46,529 nt of DNA from Candidatus Omnitrophota bacterium (GTDB lineage Bacteria > Omnitrophota > Gorgyraeia > Tantalellales > Tantalellaceae), in assembly GCA_043822885.1 (NCBI GenBank), contig JBDRBI010000131.1, forward strand, positions 1-46,529, in the 5' to 3' direction. A model generated the notes under the pieces. The model was not told the origin of the DNA and did no database searches. It was given only the letters and a program-made list of their open reading frames with translations. The position numbers and the translations under genes are program-made. This document shows positions 25,980 through 35,000 of the stretch, piece after piece. Position 1 is the stretch's first letter. Every line of letters begins with the position of its first letter.

Positions 25980-26110
25980 CTGTTTAAATGCACCGCGCGA
26001 GAGGCGGTAAAATGAAAAGAGTCGCGTTATTCGCTTTTATATGGTTATAGGTCAACTTTTTAGATTAATTTTGTGCGGAAATCCTTAGCGGTGAGATCCG
26101 TGATGAAATG

Positions 26111-26139
26111 ATTATATACAAGGAGGCGCCGCAAGTCAA
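26111..26139 (-). promoter_or_regulatory. consensus sigma70 promoter ~130 nt upstream of polA
   Basis: On the minus strand: TTGACT (26139-26134), 17 nt spacer, TATAAT (26116-26111). Confidence 0.6.
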
Positions 26140-26165
26140 GTTTTATGTATCTTTTTTATCGATTA

Positions 26166-26528
26166 TCACTTAAATATGATTATTGTAAGAAGAACAAGTA
26201 ATATACCGGAGAATATGTAAAAATCGTTGAAATATAGAAAATCAGCTACAGCCTCTTGAAAACTCTCGCCGCCGGCGGATTCCGAAGAGATCTTTAATTT
26301 TCCTCTTCGAGCTCTTTGGATCTCGCCGACGGTCATTTCGCCCATTTCTTTCACCTTGGAATCTATTTCCGATCGAATGGCGTCTATCTGTTCTTTTCGG
26401 AACCTAAGCAATTCTCCGCCTAACTTATAGGCGGTTATGATCTTTTTATCCACAAGATCTACAGTCCTCTCTTCACTAAGCTTGAGATATTCTGCTAATT
26501 CACGTAATGTTAAAAGCTTTTCGGACAT
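26166..26528 (-). CDS. excisionase/MerR-type HTH protein with a C-terminal transmembrane anchor
   Basis: N-terminal LLTLRELAEYLKLSEERTVDLVDKKIITAYKLGGELLRFRKEQID (HTH_17-like). C-terminal hydrophobic helix FYIFSGILLVLLTIIIF. 120 aa. Confidence 0.65.
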   Translation of the reverse strand: MSEKLLTLRELAEYLKLSEERTVDLVDKKIITAYKLGGELLRFRKEQIDAIRSEIDSKVKEMGEMTVGEIQRARRGKLKISSESAGGESFQEAVADFLYFNDFYIFSGILLVLLTIIIFK

Positions 26529-26529
26529 A

Positions 26530-27087
26530 TTATCCCTTTGTCTTCACTTTGCCGTCGGCTATCCACTGGTCTATCTTAGACCTTTCGAATATCCATTGTC
26601 CGCCTTCTTTGGTGCCCGGAAGAACTCCGTCAGACGCCCATTCACCGACTTTATTTCTGTCGACCTCTAAATATTCCGCAAGCTGGTTAGTATCCAGCCA
26701 GTTATCTCTTTTAGAGATATTTTCTTCGCCCGTGAATCCCGTCATTTTTATGCGGCCGTTTATAACCGCTCCTTCCCCTATGGAAAGTATGGGAGTCTCT
26801 ACGTCCCCTTTGAGTGAAGCGCTGGACTCAAGTCTGAGAGATTTTCCGGCCTTTATGTTCCCTAGTACTCTTCCGGATATCAATATCTCTTCCCCCACGA
26901 TGTTGGCCGCTATATCCGCTTTATGCCCTATCATCAAAACACCTTTAGTATCGAGTGTTCCCTCAAACTTACCGTTAATACGTAAATTTACCGGATCTTC
27001 AAAACGCAAAGTCCCTTGCATACTGGCGCTAACGTCCAACATTTTATCGCCGTATTGATCGTTGCTTTCGCCTTTTCTTTTCTTCAT
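26530..27087 (-). CDS. bactofilin (polymer-forming cytoskeletal) domain fused to a C-terminal excisionase-type HTH
   Basis: Bactofilin beta-helix repeats (RINGKFEGTLDTKGVLMIGHKADIAANIVGEEILISGRVLGNIKAGKSLRL...). C-terminal WLDTNQLAEYLEVDRNKVGEWASDGVLPGTKEGGQWIFERSKIDQW. GGAGGG SD upstream. Confidence 0.7.
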   Translation of the reverse strand: MKKRKGESNDQYGDKMLDVSASMQGTLRFEDPVNLRINGKFEGTLDTKGVLMIGHKADIAANIVGEEILISGRVLGNIKAGKSLRLESSASLKGDVETPILSIGEGAVINGRIKMTGFTGEENISKRDNWLDTNQLAEYLEVDRNKVGEWASDGVLPGTKEGGQWIFERSKIDQWIADGKVKTKG

Positions 27088-27194
27088 TTTACCCTCCTGT
27101 CTTTGAACGACATTTTAAGATCTCAGCTAAACCATTATATTACAAATAAACGTTCTGTGGTACTCTTTTCCTTACTTTTGTAGGGGCGATTCCC

Positions 27195-27848
27195 TTATCC
27201 CCATGAGGCTTCAAGGACTCCGGGAAGACACTGTATTTCCATGATCGTATCTTTTCTGCAGAGCCTGGGAAGCATGACATGAAACTCTAAAAATTCCGCA
27301 TCCGTTTCTTTCAAGGGCGCTATCCTTTTAGTTCTCCCTCCGTATGATTCTATGATACTCTTGATATCTTCGGAAGAAGTATCCGCCTCCGGAGAGAGTT
27401 TTACGATGATCTTTCTGCTCTGTCTTTTAAGTTCCATGACCTCTTCTAATCTTGAAAGGATAAGCACCACGAGCGCTATAAGGGTTGTTATAACTCCCGG
27501 GATATACATTCCCGCTCCAACGGCAAGTCCGACAGCCGATACCGCCCAGATACTCGCGGCGGTCGTCAGTCCGCGTATCGATGTTCCATAACGTATTATG
27601 GCTCCTGCACCCAGAAAACCTATGCCGGTTACGACTCCGGCCGCTATCCTTGAAGGATCGACAGCACCCAAACTAGCGTATTCTTGGGCCATCCCGATGG
27701 ATGTTACCATAAAAAGTGCTGATCCGATACACACCAGAATATGTGTTCTAAGACCTGCCGCGCAACCGTGCAGTTCCCTCTCTAATCCGATCGATCCGCC
27801 CAGTATCGCGGCCGCTAAAATACGTAAGAATAGGTCCAGTTCTGCCAT
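27195..27848 (-). CDS. mgtC: MgtC/SapB family membrane protein
   Basis: ILGGSIGLERE..AGLRTH signature. Five TM helices plus a soluble ACT-like C-terminal domain. 217 aa. Confidence 0.85.
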   Translation of the reverse strand: MAELDLFLRILAAAILGGSIGLERELHGCAAGLRTHILVCIGSALFMVTSIGMAQEYASLGAVDPSRIAAGVVTGIGFLGAGAIIRYGTSIRGLTTAASIWAVSAVGLAVGAGMYIPGVITTLIALVVLILSRLEEVMELKRQSRKIIVKLSPEADTSSEDIKSIIESYGGRTKRIAPLKETDAEFLEFHVMLPRLCRKDTIMEIQCLPGVLEASWG

Positions 27849-27861
27849 TTTCCCTCCTTAA

Positions 27862-27950
27862 TTAGTTCATGGTTGATAGTTCGTAGTTCGTAGCATATTG
27901 ACCGATACTCTATGTTTTAACTACAAACTATCAACTATCAACTATGAACT
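27862..27950. repeat. ATAGTTN-family hairpin between tsaD and mgtC; right arm runs into the tsaD stop
   Basis: From AGTTCAT onward, the left arm (ttagttcatggttgatagttcgtagttcgtag, 27862-27893) matches the reverse complement of the right arm (27919-27950) at 26 of 30 positions. Core variant ATTGACCGAT at 27897-27906. The last 6 codons of tsaD (EFIVDS*) are repeat sequence. Confidence 0.9.
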
Positions 27951-28932
27951 CTTTTGCAAGTTTTTCGCCTAAAAGGGCGACCATTGCGGCGTTATCGGCG
28001 CAATATTCTCTTCTCGGTACAAATAGCTCGTATCCTTTCTTTTCACAAAAAGAGGAAAGAGTCGAACGTAATACCTTGTTGCAGATCACTCCTCCTCCTA
28101 CCGCGAGACGCTCTACCTTCGTTGCTTTTATAGCTCGCGCGACCTTTTCTCTCACGACATCGACCACGGCTTCCTGAAAAGAATAGCAAATACGTTCCTT
28201 TTCTTCTTCCGTCTTATGAGCCGAATTCCAATGATAAAGAACCGCTGTTTTGATCCCGCTAAAGCTAAAGTCCAGATTATCCCGATCCTTAAGTAGTGCT
28301 CTCGGAAAATTAATGATCGCCTTCTTCCCGTTTTTTTTCTCTCGTAAAAATTTTTCCGACATTTTCTCCACGATAGGACCGCCGGGATAACCAAGACCGA
28401 GCATCTTTGATACTTTGTCAAAGGCTTCACCTATAGCGTCATCTTTTGTTCTGGCGATAGGGATAAAATCTGTCAAAGATCTAAAATGATATATGCTGGT
28501 ATGACCGCCGGAGACTATCAACGCTAAAAAAGGAAATAGTTTTTCCAATTCTTTCAATTTATTATCTTCATCGATAAAGCTGGATATAACATGCGCATGC
28601 AGATGATCAACGCCTATAAGAGGAACATTCAGCGCGCAGCTTATTGCCTGCGCAAAAACTTTTCCGATAAGAAGAGACCCAGGAAGACCCGGCTTCATAG
28701 TATACGACACCTGATCGACTTCGCCTATGTTCTTTCCCGCATCGCTTAAAGCTCTCTCTACCACTGAATGTATGTATTCTACATGAAACCGCGAAGCTAT
28801 CTCCGGAACTACCCCTCCGTATTTCTCATGCAGCTCTACACTAGAAGATACCTCGTTAGAAAGAACCCTCCCGTCCTCTACCAAAGAAGCCGCAGTCTCG
28901 TCACATGAACTCTCTATTCCTAAAACTATCAT
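27931..28932 (-). CDS. tsaD: tRNA N6-adenosine threonylcarbamoyltransferase
   Basis: GIESSCDET N-terminus and the Kae1/TsaD family HxxxH metal site (VDHLHAHV). 333 aa. Confidence 0.92.
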   Translation of the reverse strand: MIVLGIESSCDETAASLVEDGRVLSNEVSSSVELHEKYGGVVPEIASRFHVEYIHSVVERALSDAGKNIGEVDQVSYTMKPGLPGSLLIGKVFAQAISCALNVPLIGVDHLHAHVISSFIDEDNKLKELEKLFPFLALIVSGGHTSIYHFRSLTDFIPIARTKDDAIGEAFDKVSKMLGLGYPGGPIVEKMSEKFLREKKNGKKAIINFPRALLKDRDNLDFSFSGIKTAVLYHWNSAHKTEEEKERICYSFQEAVVDVVREKVARAIKATKVERLAVGGGVICNKVLRSTLSSFCEKKGYELFVPRREYCADNAAMVALLGEKLAKEFIVDS

Positions 28933-28966
28933 TATTTCCTAAAATAAGGATCGTACGTAGGTTTTT

Positions 28967-29758
28967 CTATTTTTCTTTATCATCTGCAAGATCGGATAAT
29001 TTAACGAACTTCACACCCATTTTTTCCATTTCCGGAACTATATTTTTTAATGCCTCAAAAGTTACCATGCGATCGTGCCCTATTCCAATGGCGCTATTGC
29101 GGTTATTTTTAAGAGCCACAAGGTTGATCAAACATTGTTCTATTTTTTTTGTCTCCCGAGAATTATCCAAAAAAATGTCTCTTTGAAAGCAGGGAACATC
29201 TTTCTCTTCGGCAATTTTCCCGCATACGGAATCGGGTGAGGTAAAAGAATCCAGAAAGAACATATTTCGTTTCTTTAATTCTTCAAAAATAATCGTCATT
29301 GTACGCGCATCTCCGGTCGCTTTTGACCCCATATGATTGGATATTCCTTTGGCAAAGGGGACCGAATCGAGAGCCCTCCCTATTATATCGCGGATCTCAC
29401 CGTCTTCCATGCCCACCAAAACCGTATCGACTTCAAGGGGAACATTGCCACCTTCCGGCTGCATAGGAAGATGTAATATCACTTCTATACCTTTCTCCTC
29501 GGCGAATCTTGATACTGTTTTTGAATATGGAGTATTAGGTAAAACCGCTATTGTTACGGGGACAGTTAGATCTCCCAGAGCACTTAAATTAATTTTGTTA
29601 TATCCAAAATCATCCAGAACGATCGCTACCTTGAATATTTCTTTTATTTCTAAAACTTCTTCTTTAACAACTTCCTTTTTCTCCGAAAAAATGCTATGAA
29701 AAATAAAAAGGATCGCTATCCCTAAAGCTAAATAAAACAGTATTCTCCGCTGTCTCAT
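28967..29758 (-). CDS. divergent polysaccharide deacetylase family protein (YibQ-like)
   Basis: Signal/TM anchor. VAIVLDDFGYN and HLPMQP motifs typical of the DUF610 / divergent polysaccharide deacetylase family. Confidence 0.7.
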   Translation of the reverse strand: MRQRRILFYLALGIAILFIFHSIFSEKKEVVKEEVLEIKEIFKVAIVLDDFGYNKINLSALGDLTVPVTIAVLPNTPYSKTVSRFAEEKGIEVILHLPMQPEGGNVPLEVDTVLVGMEDGEIRDIIGRALDSVPFAKGISNHMGSKATGDARTMTIIFEELKKRNMFFLDSFTSPDSVCGKIAEEKDVPCFQRDIFLDNSRETKKIEQCLINLVALKNNRNSAIGIGHDRMVTFEALKNIVPEMEKMGVKFVKLSDLADDKEK

Positions 29759-31044
29759 TTATCTCCCTGATGAAAGATCCTGCATTCGTCAAAAACGCTT
29801 ACCCCCTTGATTATATTTACCGCTGCCTGGATCTGGCTGTCCCCTTCCCATTTGAATTTCTTCTCTTTCTTTTTTGGGTCTTCCTTATCCTCTTTCTCGA
29901 TCCGGTCAAAAACATCCGTTTCCGTCTCCTCCTTTTCAGATACGCTCTTCCTCTCCACTCTGACATCGGGTTCTATCCCCTTATCCATGAGATTTTTTCC
30001 GCTCGGAGTATAATATGCGGCGGTAGTAAGCCTGAGCGCGGAATCATCTTTAAGAGGAATAACCGTCTGCACTGATCCTTTTCCATAAGTAACTTCGCCT
30101 ATGACCAATCCCCGTTTGTTATCTTTTATCGCTCCTGCCAATATTTCCGCGGCGCTGGCAGACCCTCCGTCGGCTATAACGATTATCCCCATTCCCCTTG
30201 TTAAAGCTTCTTTTTTAGCTCGAAACTCTATCCTTTTCTCCGGGTTTCTTCCTTCCGTATAGACAATAAGCTCGCCCTTTTCCAGGAAATGTTCGGAAGT
30301 ATTAACGGCTGAATCTAAAAGGCCTCCGGGATTGTTCCTCAGATCCACTATTATACTTTTCGCGCCTTTCTCCTTTAATTCACTGATAGCCTTTTCCATA
30401 TCTTTGGCTGTTCTTTCCTGAAATTCAACAAGTCTTACATACCCGATATTTTCATCTATCATCTCTATTTCTTTCACGCTTTTTATTTTGATAATTCCCC
30501 TCTCTATCGTGAACGCTTTAACTTTGCCGTCTTCTTCCCGAATGACCGTAATGGTCACTTTTGTTCCGGGTTCACCTCTCAACTTTTTTATAGCTTCATC
30601 GATGGTTATACCCCTGGTTATTTCATCCTCGATCTTAACTATCATGTCTCCGGCCTTTATTCCGACTTTAAAAGCCGGTGTATCGTCTATCGGAGCTATG
30701 ACTTTCAGCACCCCATCCCGCATACCGATCTCCATCCCAAGCCCGCCGAATTGTCCTTTTGTCTCTTCTTGTATCTCCTTAAAAGTGTCCGGGTCCATGA
30801 ATTGGCTGTATCCGTCGAGAGTGCTTATCATTCCCTTGATAGCCCCGTATATCAGATCTTTCGGGTTGATCGGCTTAACATAATCCGCGCTGATCAAGGT
30901 AATAGAATCGGCAAAAAGCTGTATTTCCTTAAAAAGTTCTTTCCCGTCAAAGTCCATCTCGCTTACCGCGCTCACAGCCCAGACACCTGTTGTAATGACA
31001 GCGAAAATAAGAATTATTCCCAGTATGTTCTTTTTACTCTTCAT
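29755..31044 (-). CDS. ctp: S41 family carboxy-terminal processing peptidase
   Basis: Signal anchor, PDZ domain (GIKAGDMIVKI) and S41 catalytic region (GGSASAAEILAGA..., K in TYGKGSVQ). 429 aa. Confidence 0.88.
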   Translation of the reverse strand: MKSKKNILGIILIFAVITTGVWAVSAVSEMDFDGKELFKEIQLFADSITLISADYVKPINPKDLIYGAIKGMISTLDGYSQFMDPDTFKEIQEETKGQFGGLGMEIGMRDGVLKVIAPIDDTPAFKVGIKAGDMIVKIEDEITRGITIDEAIKKLRGEPGTKVTITVIREEDGKVKAFTIERGIIKIKSVKEIEMIDENIGYVRLVEFQERTAKDMEKAISELKEKGAKSIIVDLRNNPGGLLDSAVNTSEHFLEKGELIVYTEGRNPEKRIEFRAKKEALTRGMGIIVIADGGSASAAEILAGAIKDNKRGLVIGEVTYGKGSVQTVIPLKDDSALRLTTAAYYTPSGKNLMDKGIEPDVRVERKSVSEKEETETDVFDRIEKEDKEDPKKKEKKFKWEGDSQIQAAVNIIKGVSVFDECRIFHQGDK

Positions 31045-31089
31045 AATTTCATCCTTTTTGTATACTAGACAAATGATTTTTAGCCAAAT

Positions 31090-31276
31090 GGCGGAAGGGA
31101 ATATTTCCGCTTGTGCGCAATTTCTTAACGCATTTTTTCAAACTTTTTAGGGTGTTAAATGAACTCGCCCTCACTCGTTTTTATCGGTGTTCGGGCTCAA
31201 ACAGCATTTAACAATATTCCCTAAAAAGTTGTAAAAAATGCTAAAATTGCGATGCGCTCCAATGTCCCCTTCCGCC
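31090..31276. repeat. long-hairpin intergenic element, copy 2
   Basis: Outer arms GGCGGAAGGG (31090-31099) and CCCCTTCCGCC (31266-31276). Mid arms GCGCAATTT / AAATTGCG. Inner arms TTTTTAGGGTGTTAAATGAACTCG and CAGCATTTAACAATATTCCCTAAAAAG. Confidence 0.85.
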
Positions 31277-31320
31277 CTCCACCCTTTAATAAGAATTACC
31301 TTTACAATACTAAATTCATT

Positions 31321-32760
31321 TTATTTTTCCATTTTTTTGAGAAGCATTTCTCTCGCAATTTTGGGGTTCGCCTTTCCCTTTGTCTTTTTCATCACCTGTC
31401 CGACCATAAAACTTAAAGCGTTGATCTTTCCTTTTTTATAATCTTCTACCGATCTTTCGTTCTCGGAAAGAACACTGTCTACAACTTCATCCAGAACACT
31501 TTCGTCGGATACCTGCTCTAACCCCTTTTCTTTAACGATCTCCCCGGGATCTTTCCCTTTGTCTATATGTTCTCCCAGCACTTCCTTTGCCGCAAGACCG
31601 CTTACCACGCCTTCTTTGGCCATTTTAATGATTATCGCGAGATTCTTTGGCGACAATCCCAGCTGATCGATCTTTTTTCCACGCTCTTTCGCGTGCATCA
31701 TAACTTCTGTTTTTATCCAATTGCACACATCATTCGGGATATTATGTTCTTCAACTGTCTTTTCAAAAAAATCCGCTATTCTTTTTTCCGAGATCAAAAA
31801 TTCCGTGTCATTATCGCTGAGCTTGAACGTGTCTTTTAACCGCTTTGTTCTTTCAGACGGGTCTTCCGGCATAGATCTTTTTATTTCCTCTATCAATCCC
31901 TTTTCGATCTCAAAAGGAACAAGATCAGGTTCGGAAAAATATCTGTAATCATGCGCCTCTTCTTTAATCCTCATCGATTCTGTAACGCTTCTTTCTTCGT
32001 TCCAAAGCCTGGTTTCCTGCACGATCTTTTTGCCTGATCCTAATATCTCCTCCTGCCTATCCTCTTCAAAAATAAGAGCGTCTCTTACCGCCTTGAAAGA
32101 ATTAAGGTTCTTTATCTCTACCTTAGTTCCCAATTTTTTTTCACCTTTTTTTCTGAGAGAAAGGTTCGCATCGCATCTCAGGCTTCCCTCTTCCATATTG
32201 CAATCGGACACATCAAGATACGCTATGACTCTTTTTATCATAACCAAATAATTGTAGGCTTCTTCGCTGGAAGTCATCTCAGGCTCTGAGACTATCTCAA
32301 GAAGAGGTGTGCCGGTACGGTTTAGATCCACATAACTAAAGGCTTTCACCGGATCATGTAAAAGTTTTCCAGCGTCTTCTTCCATATGCACCCGTGTTAT
32401 ACCGATAGTTTTCTCCTGATCATTCATTTTAATTGATATTTTACCGTCATAGGCTATAGGCATGTCATACTGACTGATCTGATAATTTTTAGGAAGATCG
32501 GGATAATAATAGTTCTTTCGGTCAAATTTTACGGTCTTCTGTATATCGCAATCCAGGGCTAATGCGACCTTGATCGCTCTTTTGAACACTTCTTCATTAA
32601 GCACGGGAAGTACCCCCGGAAGCCCCAGACACACAGGACAGACCTGTGTATTAGGTTCCTGTCCGAAAACCGTGGAACAGCCGCAGAATATCTTCGTCCG
32701 GGTGGACAACTGTACATGGACTTCCAGTCCGATCACGGTCTCATACTTATTCTCCGGCAT
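31321..32760 (-). CDS. gatB: Asp-tRNA(Asn)/Glu-tRNA(Gln) amidotransferase subunit B
   Basis: YETVIGLEVHVQL N-terminus and a C-terminal YqeY-like domain. The start is placed at MPENKYE (32760) because of a GGAGAG SD 5 nt upstream; the ORF-track start at 32802 is possible. Confidence 0.92.
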   Translation of the reverse strand: MPENKYETVIGLEVHVQLSTRTKIFCGCSTVFGQEPNTQVCPVCLGLPGVLPVLNEEVFKRAIKVALALDCDIQKTVKFDRKNYYYPDLPKNYQISQYDMPIAYDGKISIKMNDQEKTIGITRVHMEEDAGKLLHDPVKAFSYVDLNRTGTPLLEIVSEPEMTSSEEAYNYLVMIKRVIAYLDVSDCNMEEGSLRCDANLSLRKKGEKKLGTKVEIKNLNSFKAVRDALIFEEDRQEEILGSGKKIVQETRLWNEERSVTESMRIKEEAHDYRYFSEPDLVPFEIEKGLIEEIKRSMPEDPSERTKRLKDTFKLSDNDTEFLISEKRIADFFEKTVEEHNIPNDVCNWIKTEVMMHAKERGKKIDQLGLSPKNLAIIIKMAKEGVVSGLAAKEVLGEHIDKGKDPGEIVKEKGLEQVSDESVLDEVVDSVLSENERSVEDYKKGKINALSFMVGQVMKKTKGKANPKIAREMLLKKMEK

Positions 32761-34207
32761 TGAATCTCTCCGATAATTTGTGGTGTTCCGTATTTTGCTC
32801 AAACGCGTGAGCGGCTCTCATGAGAACCTCTTCAGCGAAGGGCTCCGCCATAAGCTGAAGACCTACAGGCATTCCGTCTTTTCCCGGACCGCAAGGCACG
32901 GATATCGCGGGCAGACCGGCAAGATTTGCCGGTATAGTGCATATATCCGACAGATACATTTTAAGCGGGTCATCCATCTTTTCTCCGATCTTGAACGCGG
33001 TCGTCGGAGATGTCGGAGTTAGCAGACAATCACATTCCTTGAAAGCTTCTCTGAAATCTTCGGATATTTTTGTTCGCACTTTTTGGGCCTTTAAATAATA
33101 AGCTTCATAATACCCGCTGCTTAGAACATATGTACCCAATAAAATGCGCCGTTTTGCTTCTTGTCCGAAGCCTTCATTCCTGGTAGATGTGTACATGTCG
33201 ATTATGCTCTTTTCTCCTTTACCACGGTGCCCGTAATGAACTCCGTCATATCGCGCAAGATTAGAACTGGCCTCGGCCGGACCGATAATATAGTAGCAGC
33301 TAACGGCGTATTTTGTATGGGGCAGAGAGACCTCCGTTATCCGGGCTCCCAGTTTTCTAAAAACCTCAACAGCCTCTTCGATCCTCTGACGCACGTCTTC
33401 ATTGATGCCCATTGTGAAATATTCTTTAGGCAGACCGATCCTGAGTCCCTTTATGTCCCCGGTTAAACTTTCCGTATATCTTGGAACTTCTTTTTTAACG
33501 GAGGTGGAATCGTTTATGTCATGTCCGGAGATCACTTCTAATATCGCGGCGCAATCGGCGACATTACGCGTTATCGGCCCTATCTGATCTAAGCTGGAAG
33601 CAAAAGCGACAAGACCATATCTTGACACTCTCCCGTATGTAGGCTTAAATCCCACCACCCCGCACATAGAGGCCGGCTGCCGTATAGATCCGCCTGTATC
33701 AGACCCAAGAGAAGCTATAACTTCGCCGGCGGCTACAGCCGCTGCCGGCCCTCCGCTGGATCCACCGGGAATACGTGAAGTATCCCACGGATTTTTAGTA
33801 GGTCCGAAAAAAGACGTTTCACAGGAAGACCCGAAAGCAAACTCATCCATATTGAGCCCCGGAAACAGTACGGCTCCTTCGTTCCTCAGCTTATCTATAA
33901 CTGTCGCATTGTACGGAGGTTTAAAGTTTTCCAACATACGTGAACCGCAAGCCGTAATAGTGCCCTTTATGCATATATTGTCTTTTACCCCTATCGGCAC
34001 TCCGCTTAAGGCAAGATCACGTTTAAAGGCCTCGATGGGACCGGCGGAAGAAACTATATCATCGCTATTTATTCGTATAAACGCGTTTATGCCTTTATCA
34101 ATACGGGCGGCGCGTTCTGCCAGTTGACGGATAATATCTAAAGGCGTTTCCCCGCTTTCCGCGGCCCATTTTTTAAAGTTTTCTATGCTTGATATATAGT
34201 GTCCCAT
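32747..34207 (-). CDS. gatA: Asp-tRNA(Asn)/Glu-tRNA(Gln) amidotransferase subunit A
   Basis: Amidase signature GGSSGG. 486 aa. Order in transcription direction is gatC-gatA-gatB. Confidence 0.93.
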   Translation of the reverse strand: MGHYISSIENFKKWAAESGETPLDIIRQLAERAARIDKGINAFIRINSDDIVSSAGPIEAFKRDLALSGVPIGVKDNICIKGTITACGSRMLENFKPPYNATVIDKLRNEGAVLFPGLNMDEFAFGSSCETSFFGPTKNPWDTSRIPGGSSGGPAAAVAAGEVIASLGSDTGGSIRQPASMCGVVGFKPTYGRVSRYGLVAFASSLDQIGPITRNVADCAAILEVISGHDINDSTSVKKEVPRYTESLTGDIKGLRIGLPKEYFTMGINEDVRQRIEEAVEVFRKLGARITEVSLPHTKYAVSCYYIIGPAEASSNLARYDGVHYGHRGKGEKSIIDMYTSTRNEGFGQEAKRRILLGTYVLSSGYYEAYYLKAQKVRTKISEDFREAFKECDCLLTPTSPTTAFKIGEKMDDPLKMYLSDICTIPANLAGLPAISVPCGPGKDGMPVGLQLMAEPFAEEVLMRAAHAFEQNTEHHKLSERFNAGE

Positions 34208-34209
34208 TA

Positions 34210-34518
34210 TTAAATGACCCTAGGTACTGTAAATAGATCCTTTTCTCGTGACGGGGCGTTTTTAAGAGCATCTTCCGTAGAAATTGATCCTTTAGGAACA
34301 TCTTCTCGGAAAACATTCTTCATTGCCGAAAGAACGTGCGTGGTAGGGAGAGTATTTTTTGTATCAACTTCATTCAACTTGTCTATATAGCCTAATATCT
34401 CGGAAAGCTGACTACAAAACTCGGATAGTTCTTTTTCCTGAAGAGACAAACGGGAAAGGCCGGCAATATACCTCGCAACGTCTTCCGTAACAACATTTTT
34501 TTTTGTAAGGTTTTCCAT
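34210..34518 (-). CDS. gatC: Asp-tRNA(Asn)/Glu-tRNA(Gln) amidotransferase subunit C
   Basis: 102 aa with the typical GatC sequence (V..IA.L.RL.L...E...) directly upstream of gatA. Confidence 0.85.
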   Translation of the reverse strand: MENLTKKNVVTEDVARYIAGLSRLSLQEKELSEFCSQLSEILGYIDKLNEVDTKNTLPTTHVLSAMKNVFREDVPKGSISTEDALKNAPSREKDLFTVPRVI

Positions 34519-34546
34519 ACCGGAATTACCTTATCATAATAATATT

Positions 34547-35000
34547 ATAAAGTCAATCCAGACAGATCTAAGATCGAAGGCCGCAGACCATAGACTATAG
34601 ACACTTGAGAATAAAAGTTAGAGGCGAGAAGATAGAAGCGAGATAAAAGTCACCAGTCACCTAGTCACCAAGTCACCAGTTGACAGGGCACCAGGTAATA
34701 GAAGATAAAGGCGAGAAATTAGACATTGACTATAGACTATAGACCATTGAACATAGACAGAGATTGACTGATGCGGGAATAAGAGTCATAGAGTCAGGTT
34801 GGACCGATGCGGGAGTCGAGTCAAAGAGTCAGTGGCAAAATGTTGACTCTAGAGAGCGAAGCGAACGATGACTCTAATGAGCGAAGCGAATGATGACTTT
34901 ATGACTCTCTCTATCCTCTAACTTATGTATGCAGACTGGTGACTAGGTGACTGGTGACCTGGTGACTCTTTATTCCTTCTACCTTCTCATTTCTCGTTTC
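34547..35000. repeat. composite heptamer mosaic between rsmA and gatC (~450 nt)
   Basis: AGTCAATCCAGAC (34551-34563). GACCATA/GACTATA arrays. TAGAAG-type arrays at 34617-34648 and 34699-34725. GTCACCN array 34649-34698. Cores GATTGACTGAT (34762-34772) and TTGGACCGAT (34799-34808), each followed by GCGGGA. GAGTCNN arrays. 25-nt tandem repeat 34854-34878 / 34879-34902. GGTGAC array 34935-34968. The CTTCT array runs into the rsmA stop. Confidence 0.9.

Noticed and set aside
26166-27087. Excisionase-type HTH domains as evidence for a prophage or integrative element
   Set aside because: There is no integrase, recombinase, att-like tRNA junction or phage gene in the neighbourhood. The flanking genes are polA and mgtC/tsaD.
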